From positions 1 to 64,000 of the IMG/VR virus record IMGVR_UViG_3300050821_006280: a DNA stretch of 64,000 nt, one strand, 5' to 3'. Positions 46,638-54,959 of this stretch are shown here, one piece after another. The stretch is from a virus. How positions within the stretch are numbered: the first letter of the stretch is position 1; each line of letters begins with the position of its first letter. The position numbers were made by a program, and so were the translations under genes. Below the pieces are notes generated by a model. It saw only the letters and a list, made by a program, of their open reading frames with translations, made no database searches and was not told the origin of the DNA.

Positions 46638-46917
46638 ACCCCATAACCTCGACGGACACACCAGGGCAGCAAGCCAGTTTTTGGCGTAGTAGCTCTAGTG
46701 GGGAGACAAGCATCTCCCTGGCCTTAATCTCTAGATCTTCTTGCGAAGGTACCAGCAACCCTTCCCAGACGCTGGATACAGCAATCTTGCCATCGAGCGT
46801 CTGCCAAGCATCGCAACCTTGATCCAGTATCATCTCGCCTCTGACGAGCTTCGCCCTGAATATACGAAGGCGTCTCGTATCACTGATCGCTGGCATCTTC
46901 TTCCTTGTCTTCCGCAC
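46624..46917 (-). CDS. Small partner protein (paralog of 48546-49016)
   Basis: DAWQTLDGKI...SPLELLRQKLA; overlaps both neighbours; start may be ATG 46896. Confidence 0.65.
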   Translation of the reverse strand: MRKTRKKMPAISDTRRLRIFRAKLVRGEMILDQGCDAWQTLDGKIAVSSVWEGLLVPSQEDLEIKAREMLVSPLELLRQKLACCPGVSVEVMGYARA

Positions 46918-48559
46918 GCATTTCAGCTGAGAAGTCGAACGTTCGGCCTACCACGTTCGACATCACCTCGTTCACATAGTCCTCAACTTCCATGAACTCA
47001 GCTTCAATCGGCGTTGGATCTATGCTTTCTGCCAGGGCGGTAAAGTAGTCGAGCACCAAGAATGGATTCCTCGCGAGCTGCTGGTGATGAGTCCACAGCA
47101 TCCCGACACGAGCAAGCATGCCAGCAATGCTCAGCAATGGAATCTGATGTTCCATAAGCGACCGCACAAGCTCTGGCGATCGGTCATTACGGAGGTGACG
47201 GACAGCTGTTACAGCGATCTCCTCATAGTCACGAAGCTCTTGGTCACCACCACGAGTAGCAACCATCATCACCGGATCGCTCCATAAGAGCGGAAACGCA
47301 TTGGCCTCCACTGGTGGATCAAGATAGGTCTGACCATACTTCGATCGCAGAAGCACAAGACCATGCGGATTGGGCAGCGACAGCTCGTTGTCTCTCAAGA
47401 CAATGGCATGTCGATTATTGATCCCACCTCCCCACCCAATGCTGCCGAATGTTCGATCTCCAGTCCAAAGGATGAAATCGAATACAGCAGCCCGCAAAAT
47501 CGCCATGCGTCGTTCTGTCGGCATCACTTCAAAAAGACGATTCAGAGCGTCGTTTTCTACCCCTTCTGGCTCCTCGAATAATTCATGGAACCACTTTTCT
47601 CCATCTATGCCATGAATTCCATCTACATAGAACTGCACAGCGGCATAGCCCTGGAGATGGCGGCGAATCTTGTCAGGCTGATCGCCAACCACACGAGAAA
47701 TTGACTCCTCGAAGCGTTGCTTCCTCTCGATCAGCTCGTCAGACATAATGGCATCGAGACCACCGAACTCATCATGACGGAGCACTGTCGGTGGCACGAT
47801 ATCGTCAAATCCAGATGCCTTGGCGATCTCATACGCTGCTGCGGCCCGACGAGCAAAACCACCTTCTTTTTGCTCAGCGTCATACAGGTCACCCCAGACA
47901 TCATAAAGGTACGGGTCGTTGAGACCTTCGATCTTCAGATATCCTTTATGGATGTACCCATCACCACCTTCGATCTTGACGAGCATACAACCCGTTGAGC
48001 TGCCAGCCACCCGGAACTGAGTCATCCTTCCCGTACGTAGCCGTCCAACTAATTCTGGCTCTGTAACGCCCCACAGCATCTGCTCGCCAGCAGTTACAGT
48101 GTTTGCAGGGACGTACATCGACAGCGGATTCGTTGCCCGCGCCGTCTTGTTATTTACATCGTAGCGACGACGGACCTCCGGCGGGACTGGGTCTTCTGCG
48201 TCTTTGCCGTCACCAAGCTCCCAGGCTAGGTCCAAAACCTTCACGCTCACGCGAGATGGTAGAGGCGCTTGAATCTGCTCCTGAGGAGACTGCGCAGCTG
48301 CTTGGTCAGAGGCAATCTGATCTGCCGGCTGTGGTTCCTCGTCAGGAACCTGTGACTGTTGAGTTGCTGGCCCACTCGCCGCCGGAAGCTCATGTTCCTT
48401 CCGTTGAGCATAACGATCGCCGGGAGCAGCCTTCTTCACGTGGAATGACTGCTCATACTCATACGTCTTGCCGTCAGGTCCCTTGCGCTTCAGCTTGCGA
48501 ATGACACGGTGAAGCCCTGCGGCCAGATCCTCAGACACCACCTTCTCACTCTGGCTCAT
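46880..48559 (-). CDS. PI3/4K-HipA-fold kinase-like protein (paralog of 43756-45108)
   Basis: GSSTG, YLKIE, RRAAAAYEIAKASG..IVPPTVLR, AAVFDFILWTGDRTFGS, VLRDNELS; start reassigned to ATG 48559. Confidence 0.78.
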   Translation of the reverse strand: MSQSEKVVSEDLAAGLHRVIRKLKRKGPDGKTYEYEQSFHVKKAAPGDRYAQRKEHELPAASGPATQQSQVPDEEPQPADQIASDQAAAQSPQEQIQAPLPSRVSVKVLDLAWELGDGKDAEDPVPPEVRRRYDVNNKTARATNPLSMYVPANTVTAGEQMLWGVTEPELVGRLRTGRMTQFRVAGSSTGCMLVKIEGGDGYIHKGYLKIEGLNDPYLYDVWGDLYDAEQKEGGFARRAAAAYEIAKASGFDDIVPPTVLRHDEFGGLDAIMSDELIERKQRFEESISRVVGDQPDKIRRHLQGYAAVQFYVDGIHGIDGEKWFHELFEEPEGVENDALNRLFEVMPTERRMAILRAAVFDFILWTGDRTFGSIGWGGGINNRHAIVLRDNELSLPNPHGLVLLRSKYGQTYLDPPVEANAFPLLWSDPVMMVATRGGDQELRDYEEIAVTAVRHLRNDRSPELVRSLMEHQIPLLSIAGMLARVGMLWTHHQQLARNPFLVLDYFTALAESIDPTPIEAEFMEVEDYVNEVMSNVVGRTFDFSAEMRAEDKEEDASDQ

Positions 48560-49016
48560 TTTCGCCTTCCAGAAGTTCCGTCCTGAACCAGCTTGCACGA
48601 GCCAATCGCTTCTCCAAGATTGCCAATGGAGAAAGATCCCTGGCCAGTGACGCATTCAAATATCGCTGCTTTGCTTGGGGCTCAAATAGCATCACAGCAA
48701 CCATCCCAGAGCCCTGGATCTGGCCAGCGTCATCCTGCCATGCGTCACCAAGGGGTGCTTCACCGGGCTCGTAATCTGGCCGGAGAGCGTAGACCATCAG
48801 GTGTCGACTATCGCCTACTGCCTGATCTTCTGTTGGTCCCGAATATTCATCCGGCTCTTGTTCCTCATCGGGCACGCTTTGCGGCTCTTGAGGCTGTTCC
48901 GATTGGTCTTGATCCTCTGGAGGCAAATCCTCAGGACCAGGCTCTTGCGGCGTGTCTGCCATTGCAGGATCCTGAGCTTCCCCCGAAGAATCAGCCGGCG
49001 CATCCATGTTAGCCAT
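48546..49016 (-). CDS. Small partner protein with acidic N-terminal tail
   Basis: DAWQDDAGQI...SPLAILEKRLA; abuts the ParB-like gene and overlaps the kinase start. Confidence 0.68.
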   Translation of the reverse strand: MANMDAPADSSGEAQDPAMADTPQEPGPEDLPPEDQDQSEQPQEPQSVPDEEQEPDEYSGPTEDQAVGDSRHLMVYALRPDYEPGEAPLGDAWQDDAGQIQGSGMVAVMLFEPQAKQRYLNASLARDLSPLAILEKRLARASWFRTELLEGENEPE

Positions 49017-49871
49017 TTACGCCCTCGCTGCGCCTGTCTTTCCGTTCGCCTTCTTCTCATCGAACGAATCAGCTGCCTTCTGAATCGCTTCTCCAATCAA
49101 TTCATTGATATCGACATTCGCCGTTCGGCACTTAGTCATGATCTTCTTCATTGCATCATGAACTTTCTTGGACATGGCGATATAGGTGTGTTCCTTGCCG
49201 CCCCATGCAAAGACCATGAAGTTGAACCTGATTGAATCCCCATGCTCCTGGAAGAGGTGCTGAATGATACGCTCCAGGTCATTGATGGTACGGGCTTCCT
49301 TGGCTTGTGCCTCAAACTGCTGAGCCATCTCAGGGGGAAGCGTCGCCTTCATCTCTTTCGAGATTTGCTTGATGATCTTCTTCAGCGGCGCATCGCTGGT
49401 ATATCCCATCATTCCAGCGACTTTATCCTTCCCGTACTTGTCCGCCATCTCTGTGTAGAGTTTGGCCATTTTTTCCGGGTTCATCTCGCCATGGATGATA
49501 TTGAGACGCAGGTTCTGGAGTTTTTGATAGTCGAGATCCTTCCACTTCGCGTTCTTGGGGACATCGACTGGAATCTTTTTTAGACCCAGCTCCTTAGCAG
49601 CCTGCCAACGATGATGTCCGCCGATGATGATGTGATGTTCCCCATCCTCGTGAGGGACAGCGATAACTGGATCGATGAAACCGCATTCTGCGATGTTATC
49701 TTTGAGCTTCGCATACTTATCTGGCTTCATTTCATTTGGGTTATATTCCGTAGGGATCAGCTCATCTGGAGAGAGAATGATCCTGTAAGTATCCAGAAGA
49801 TCCTCTGCCTTGATCTCTGCTTCCCCGTTCTCGTCTCCCGCGGCGCGCTTTTGGTCATCCTGCTTATTCAT
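49017..49871 (-). CDS. ParB/Srx-like N-terminal domain protein
   Basis: YNPNEM...GFIDPVI...IIGGHHRWQAAKELG. Confidence 0.85.
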   Translation of the reverse strand: MNKQDDQKRAAGDENGEAEIKAEDLLDTYRIILSPDELIPTEYNPNEMKPDKYAKLKDNIAECGFIDPVIAVPHEDGEHHIIIGGHHRWQAAKELGLKKIPVDVPKNAKWKDLDYQKLQNLRLNIIHGEMNPEKMAKLYTEMADKYGKDKVAGMMGYTSDAPLKKIIKQISKEMKATLPPEMAQQFEAQAKEARTINDLERIIQHLFQEHGDSIRFNFMVFAWGGKEHTYIAMSKKVHDAMKKIMTKCRTANVDINELIGEAIQKAADSFDEKKANGKTGAARA

Positions 49872-50088
49872 CCAACACCTCGACGATCGATGTAAGACGA
49901 TTCGCCGCTAGCATCAGCTCGCCGCGCAGCTGCATCTCGAAGACCTCCGCATCCAAGTCATTGGCCGGAAGATCTTCGCCGGGGATTCCCTCTTCAAGTC
50001 TCTCTTTCCATTTGGAAATGATGTCAAGGATCTGTGACATCTCTGATCGAAGGGTCTCCGCCCGCAGCTTCATCGCCATGACGGCCAT
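49864..50088 (-). CDS. Hypothetical protein
   Basis: Overlaps the ParB-like start and supplies its RBS GAGG. Confidence 0.55.
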   Translation of the reverse strand: MAVMAMKLRAETLRSEMSQILDIISKWKERLEEGIPGEDLPANDLDAEVFEMQLRGELMLAANRLTSIVEVLDE

Positions 50089-50138
50089 CCTATCCCAAAA
50101 TCTGATCGCTGTTGTCCAGTAAAGAGAAATCGTCGGTA

Positions 50139-50939
50139 TTACTTGGCGATTTCTCCCACGCTAACAAACAAGATCGGTTCTTCGATGTGGATTTCTACGA
50201 CTTCAGAAGTATCCGAAGATATCGTTCTCCAGATATCCTCGGTCAAAAGCACTGGTCGATTTTTGGAAAATGCAGCAACGATCCAAGACCTGGTATGACG
50301 ACGACGATCCCAACAGCGCTTGCACAGCCCATCTCCAGAATGCCGCTCGCGCTCGCCAGTGCCACTAGCACTGCACTGAATGCACCTGTCGATGTCGTAT
50401 TGGCGAGACCACTTCCTCTTCTCGTTCTTTAGATACTCGATGATTTCATGAACCTGGTCATCGGTAATCATGTACTTCCGTAGGCCATAGCGTTTCCAGG
50501 TCTGACCTATCGCATCGCGCGCCCGACGAATCTGACGCCAGTCATAACCAGTTTCTCGCTCGATACGACCACGTGTAAATGTCCCCTGCGTCGGTGAGAA
50601 CCCAAGTTCATAACAACGACGTTCGATTGCTACGCGGTTCCGCCGAGGAAGAAGATCCATCAATTCAAAAATCGACAGATGCCCAACATTCTTGACAAGT
50701 ACTAGATCTTCCTCTCGGCTCCACGGATAGGTTACACGCCCTGGCCTACAACCGGCGCGACGACCCTTTTCCTCTCTCAGCTTGAGAACACTTGCTTTGA
50801 ACCGAACCACGGACACGGTCTTGTTCAACGCCTTGGCCACGTCGGCATCACGCATCGTGCCCCATAGCTCTCTAAGCTTGGTCAGCTCATCCTCCGTCCA
50901 GGTGCTGCGCCTACCAGAAGCCCGGAGTTTGAATCTCAT
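50139..50939 (-). CDS. DNA-binding protein with two Myb/SANT-like repeats and a C-terminal Zn finger
   Basis: WTEDELTKLRELW and WSREEDLVLVKN repeats; CIQC...H..GLCKRC. Confidence 0.65.
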   Translation of the reverse strand: MRFKLRASGRRSTWTEDELTKLRELWGTMRDADVAKALNKTVSVVRFKASVLKLREEKGRRAGCRPGRVTYPWSREEDLVLVKNVGHLSIFELMDLLPRRNRVAIERRCYELGFSPTQGTFTRGRIERETGYDWRQIRRARDAIGQTWKRYGLRKYMITDDQVHEIIEYLKNEKRKWSRQYDIDRCIQCSASGTGERERHSGDGLCKRCWDRRRHTRSWIVAAFSKNRPVLLTEDIWRTISSDTSEVVEIHIEEPILFVSVGEIAK

Positions 50940-50949
50940 CTTGTCGCCG

Positions 50950-50978
50950 ATCCTATACCAGCATATCGGTGAGCGCAA
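50950..50978 (-). promoter_or_regulatory. Sigma70-like promoter
   Basis: TTGCGC-N17-TAGGAT, 10 nt before ATG 50939. Confidence 0.5.
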
Positions 50979-51056
50979 ATACTAGCGTATCGCCGTTAAA
51001 CTACCACGGACGAACTTCTGATCGTTTTATCTGTAAAAGAGGAAGGGTTGTGGTGA

Positions 51057-51632
51057 TTAAGGAAGCTGATCTTGATACGAGTCGAGAAGATCTTTTGTTG
51101 ATAATGGCTCGCCAGCCATGACCGCAAGACAAGCCTTCCATGCCCATTCAGCCTGAAAAGCTAGAGGCGCAAATTGGACATGCCAGAAATCGGCAACCTC
51201 CCTCTCCTGGTCCGTGGCGAATGCCAGGAGCGCTGCATCTTCCGTAGTCGGCCAGTGGTCGCCCATTATCTTCAGCGCCTCAAGTGCCATCAGATTGCAC
51301 TGAGCAATGAATGGCGCCTTATTTGGCTTTGCCGTGATTTTCGGATCGCCTAGCTCATAGGCTTCGATTCCGTTCAGGCAGCGTCCATCCTTCTGTTCTG
51401 AGAAGTAGACCTTCTTCCAGAATTGGATAGCTCGATCGACCTTATCCCACGGCGTCGGGACTCGTTGAGCGATGACCTTACGGGTCTCAGAGTCTTTTTG
51501 ACGTTGGATGTTTTCGAGGATCTTGGCGACATCATCAGGCGTCTGTACGTCGACCTTGTATTGCGGCTTTAACTTCTCCAGTCGCTGAGCAATCTTCTCC
51601 TGGGTGAGCGAATCTGTTTCCTGATCCTTCAT
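51057..51632 (-). CDS. Hypothetical protein
   Basis: ATGA overlap with the upstream gene; RBS GAGGAG. Confidence 0.65.
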   Translation of the reverse strand: MKDQETDSLTQEKIAQRLEKLKPQYKVDVQTPDDVAKILENIQRQKDSETRKVIAQRVPTPWDKVDRAIQFWKKVYFSEQKDGRCLNGIEAYELGDPKITAKPNKAPFIAQCNLMALEALKIMGDHWPTTEDAALLAFATDQEREVADFWHVQFAPLAFQAEWAWKACLAVMAGEPLSTKDLLDSYQDQLP

Positions 51633-52123
51633 GACGTTCGTTTCTCCTCTTGCTCAGGCGCCTGCGATTCGCCATGAAGTGAGCACGGAGCAGCCGGCGC
51701 CACGCCGTCAAGGCCGTTTTGGATGTTCTCGAACTGCCCGCAGACGTAGTGATCGACCATATCTGCAATCCGAAGCTTCTTTAGCGTGCGCCTGATCTCA
51801 GCGGTGCCAGGAATCTGCCGACTCTCAGCAATCTGCATCGCGACCCCGACTGATCGAACAACCGGCCGACCCAGCTTGTCAGCTACCTGAGCAGCCTGAT
51901 GAACTACATGGGCGACAGCTGGGAACCGAGAATCCATCCGGCCATGGTGAGTCTTCCTGCATTCTTGCGACTTCTGGCAGATATCGAGACAGACAGACCT
52001 ATTATGGAGTGGCTTTTCGGTGAATTCACGGATGGCACGTCCATGCCCATAGCCAAAATATCCGTTGCACTGCCAGCTCGGAATCTTATCCTTGATCCGA
52101 TTCCGCTCCTTGCCGAAGCCCAT
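51629..52123 (-). CDS. Cys-containing hypothetical protein
   Basis: RBS GAGGAG; CNG...CLDIC...C..H. Confidence 0.65.
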   Translation of the reverse strand: MGFGKERNRIKDKIPSWQCNGYFGYGHGRAIREFTEKPLHNRSVCLDICQKSQECRKTHHGRMDSRFPAVAHVVHQAAQVADKLGRPVVRSVGVAMQIAESRQIPGTAEIRRTLKKLRIADMVDHYVCGQFENIQNGLDGVAPAAPCSLHGESQAPEQEEKRTS

Positions 52124-52126
52124 CGT

Positions 52127-53314
52127 CTACTCCTCGTCGTTGTCCTCTGGAGCCTCGACAAACCCGGGATCTTCGACCAGCTCTACATCGCCGTGAGCTT
52201 CTAGGATCTCGTCCGCTTTAGCTTCCAGGACATTTTCCTTCTTCTTTCGCTTCTTGCCGCGGATCGGAGTGACATTGCTCGGTTCCTCAGCAATCTCACC
52301 GGCACCATTTTTCTCTGCCATCACTCGCTCCTGGACTAACTTCCAGAGCAGATCTCCGCCGTATACCGGCTTGCCAGCCTTGAGGTCTACCGCCACCAGC
52401 TTGAGACCCAGCAGCTTCTCCATCTTGTGGATGTACTGCTTGAGATCTGTTTCTGGCTTCTTACCAAACTCATTGTTCGACAAGAAATCAGTGCAGATCA
52501 TCTCCAGATTGTGACCGATCTTGTCGGAGTGAGACATCCCTTTGGCGCGGTCGAGCGCTGCCTGAACCGTATCCCACTGGCCTTTGTAGAGACTCGTATG
52601 GAACTGGTGCATCTCCTCTGGCTTTGGCGGTGCATTGGGCTCGTCGTCATTGCCATCGCTCCCACCCGTGGCACTTCCGCCAGGGCGCGTCCCGCCCGCA
52701 AGAGCAAGGTCGGTATCACCCTCCATCTCATTGCGATCTGCTTTCGCAGCCTTGGCAACCCTGATCGCCTTCTTCAGCTCGTCATGCGTCATCTCCTGGG
52801 CCTTCTCTAGCCACGACATAACATCGTCTTCGCCGACGAACCCAGAAAGGAGGTAACACTTCGAGCGACCTAGAGCCTTGATCCGCTCTTTGACTTCCTT
52901 CGGCAAGTGCAACTTGATCTCGAACCAGTAGTAGGCATAGCGCATATTCTCTGCCGAACGCTTCAGGATGCCGATCTCCTGTTCGCAATACTCGGCAAAC
53001 GACTTGAATCCCCACTTGTCGAACAGCGCCTTCCTTGTCGCCCGCGCACCTTCGCCATTCATGAGAGCACGATAGCCACCGGGCACGCCGTCAAACACAT
53101 CGTAGAGACACTGGCCCAAATCCCAGTAGCTCTCCTCGATATCCTTGAACAGCTTCTTGGCCTTGGCCCTTAGCTCGTTCTCCGCTCGCTCTAGCTCCTC
53201 GACGGAGACTTCTCGCTTGGGAACAACGACGATCGAGCCATTCATAGCCTTCGGCTTGTTCTTGTCGTCATCGTCGCCAGTGAGAATTGCCAGACCCGTT
53301 GTGTCCGTGCTCAT
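52127..53314 (-). CDS. Hypothetical DNA-binding protein (DUF3102-like helical)
   Basis: SYWDLGQCL...WGFKSFAEYCEQEIGI..RSAENM pattern. Confidence 0.55.
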   Translation of the reverse strand: MSTDTTGLAILTGDDDDKNKPKAMNGSIVVVPKREVSVEELERAENELRAKAKKLFKDIEESYWDLGQCLYDVFDGVPGGYRALMNGEGARATRKALFDKWGFKSFAEYCEQEIGILKRSAENMRYAYYWFEIKLHLPKEVKERIKALGRSKCYLLSGFVGEDDVMSWLEKAQEMTHDELKKAIRVAKAAKADRNEMEGDTDLALAGGTRPGGSATGGSDGNDDEPNAPPKPEEMHQFHTSLYKGQWDTVQAALDRAKGMSHSDKIGHNLEMICTDFLSNNEFGKKPETDLKQYIHKMEKLLGLKLVAVDLKAGKPVYGGDLLWKLVQERVMAEKNGAGEIAEEPSNVTPIRGKKRKKKENVLEAKADEILEAHGDVELVEDPGFVEAPEDNDEE

Positions 53315-53364
53315 CGAATTGATCTCCTATTAGGAAGAAGCGTTGCTGGCTACCAGGCGATTGT

Positions 53365-53562
53365 CTACTTCTCTTCAGGCTTTTTTTCGATCGGAAGCAG
53401 ACTGTCGCGTCGACCATGAACGATGAAGTCCGCCTGTTCGATGCTATGGCCCTGCGCCTTCAAAAGCTCGATAAACTTCTTAGTCGCGAGATCCGCATCG
53501 ATATCCTCACGACTGTTGTGATGGCAGCCCTGTCCATTGATCAAAATTGTCCAGTTTCCCAT
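53365..53562 (-). CDS. Hypothetical protein (65 aa)
   Basis: Start reassigned to ATG 53562 (MGNWTILING), RBS AAGGAG. Confidence 0.6.
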   Translation of the reverse strand: MGNWTILINGQGCHHNSREDIDADLATKKFIELLKAQGHSIEQADFIVHGRRDSLLPIEKKPEEK

Positions 53563-53569
53563 GTTCGGA

Positions 53570-53728
53570 TTACTCCTTGGCTGGAAGGACGAAGTCCTCA
53601 GGTTCGGAAAGCGGATTGCACTTGGTGCTGCCGCAGCCCGCACAGCGCTTCGGCGCATTCATGTCCTCGGTCAGCATCTCCTGCTCTGATCCGCACTTTG
53701 TGCATTTACGTGTCCGCTGGTCCATCAT
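53570..53728 (-). CDS. Small zinc-ribbon protein (52 aa)
   Basis: Read manually: MMDQRTRKCTKCGS...KRCAGCGST...; RBS AAGGAGG; below the ORF-track cutoff. Confidence 0.7.
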   Translation of the reverse strand: MMDQRTRKCTKCGSEQEMLTEDMNAPKRCAGCGSTKCNPLSEPEDFVLPAKE

Positions 53729-54041
53729 TTGCCTCCTTTGAATCTGAGGATAGGGTCGGAAAAAAGAGAATATCTCTTGCCCGAACCTCGGTCAGCTCGC
53801 CATGTTTCCCCTGCCTGTTCATCAACTCGCCGATGATCGATACGTAGAGACCCTTGGAGACATTTTGCTGACACTTCTGCGCAAGCGCTCCATAGACATT
53901 GATGCGGACCCACGTTGTACCTCGCCCCAGCTCCTCAGCAGCAAGAGAGAACGAACACGCAGGGTTATTGTCTCGCGTCTGACCAGCAACGATCGGCCCA
54001 CCAACATTCCCGCTTACGAGGACGATATTGTGTCCTCTCAC
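53706..54041 (-). CDS. ssb: Single-stranded DNA-binding protein (bacterial SSB type, short)
   Basis: NIVLVSGNVG...TTWVRINVYGALA...SKGLYVSIIGEL. Confidence 0.85.
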   Translation of the reverse strand: MRGHNIVLVSGNVGGPIVAGQTRDNNPACSFSLAAEELGRGTTWVRINVYGALAQKCQQNVSKGLYVSIIGELMNRQGKHGELTEVRARDILFFPTLSSDSKEANDGPADT

Positions 54042-54613
54042 GATCCACCTGCTAGCTGATCCCAGCCGAAACGAGCACAGACATACGCATCCATTTCATC
54101 CTGGCTTTGAAAGGTAAGGCCTTGATCCTTTAACCTCATCCCGATCACATCTTTCACGGTAGCCGGTCGCATCTTTCCATTCTTCCCGGCAATCTTCCCG
54201 TAATCCCTCTTCTTCTTCGCTTTGCCCTTCGCGTCCAACACCTGATCGACCTTGAACGAGATCGAACCTACCACATGACTTCGCAGTTTTGTGGCCTGCT
54301 CAACCGACGGGACGATGCCACATGCCAGATATAGCTGCATCCTTACGCAGTAATGGAGGCCTCCTATCCTTGCCATTTGCCATACTTGGTTCATGGCTGG
54401 CGCCTCGATTACAACTAGATTTGGTGGATGATCTTTTACAACGCGAATGATCCTTGAGCAGATCGAGACAAGCCGATCTAGCTCCGCCTTCTCTCCCTTG
54501 ACCTGCACTTGTTCAACGAGGAAGGTGTTGACCACCGGCGAAGCATTACTATCACCTTGAAGAATACAGATCCCGGTCGAAAGCAGACTGAGATCAATAC
54601 CAATGACAATCAT
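54038..54613 (-). CDS. RuvC-like Holliday junction resolvase
   Basis: IGIDLSLLSTG, VVIEA, DEMDAY. Confidence 0.85.
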   Translation of the reverse strand: MIVIGIDLSLLSTGICILQGDSNASPVVNTFLVEQVQVKGEKAELDRLVSICSRIIRVVKDHPPNLVVIEAPAMNQVWQMARIGGLHYCVRMQLYLACGIVPSVEQATKLRSHVVGSISFKVDQVLDAKGKAKKKRDYGKIAGKNGKMRPATVKDVIGMRLKDQGLTFQSQDEMDAYVCARFGWDQLAGGS

Positions 54614-54614
54614 T

Positions 54615-54959
54615 TCAGCGATTACGTAGCTTCTCGAAAACTATCTTGGCAGCGGAAGTCTGTCTGATTGCCACCAGAATACGATCAGCTTCCTCCTCTA
54701 AAACGAGTCCGTCCTCATCAGAGATTTTTCGGCCAAGCTCCTGCTCAACCGCAGCCACAAGCTTCATGATCGAGAATTTGTTCTGCCGTCCCCATTCAGT
54801 CTTCCTGAGGATGCAAAATGAGCACTCGGTCTGGATATACGGACCATCCTGACCCACTCGCCACCGCGCTCTCTTTTGAAGACAGCGCATGCAGATCTCC
54901 GGCTCTTTGCCTTCTAGCGGAGTTAAATGCCTAGGATCAATAAACAAAACCATGGTCAC
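54615..54959 (-). CDS. Zn-finger hypothetical protein
   Basis: CMRC...CSFC. Confidence 0.6.
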   Translation of the reverse strand: MTMVLFIDPRHLTPLEGKEPEICMRCLQKRARWRVGQDGPYIQTECSFCILRKTEWGRQNKFSIMKLVAAVEQELGRKISDEDGLVLEEEADRILVAIRQTSAAKIVFEKLRNR

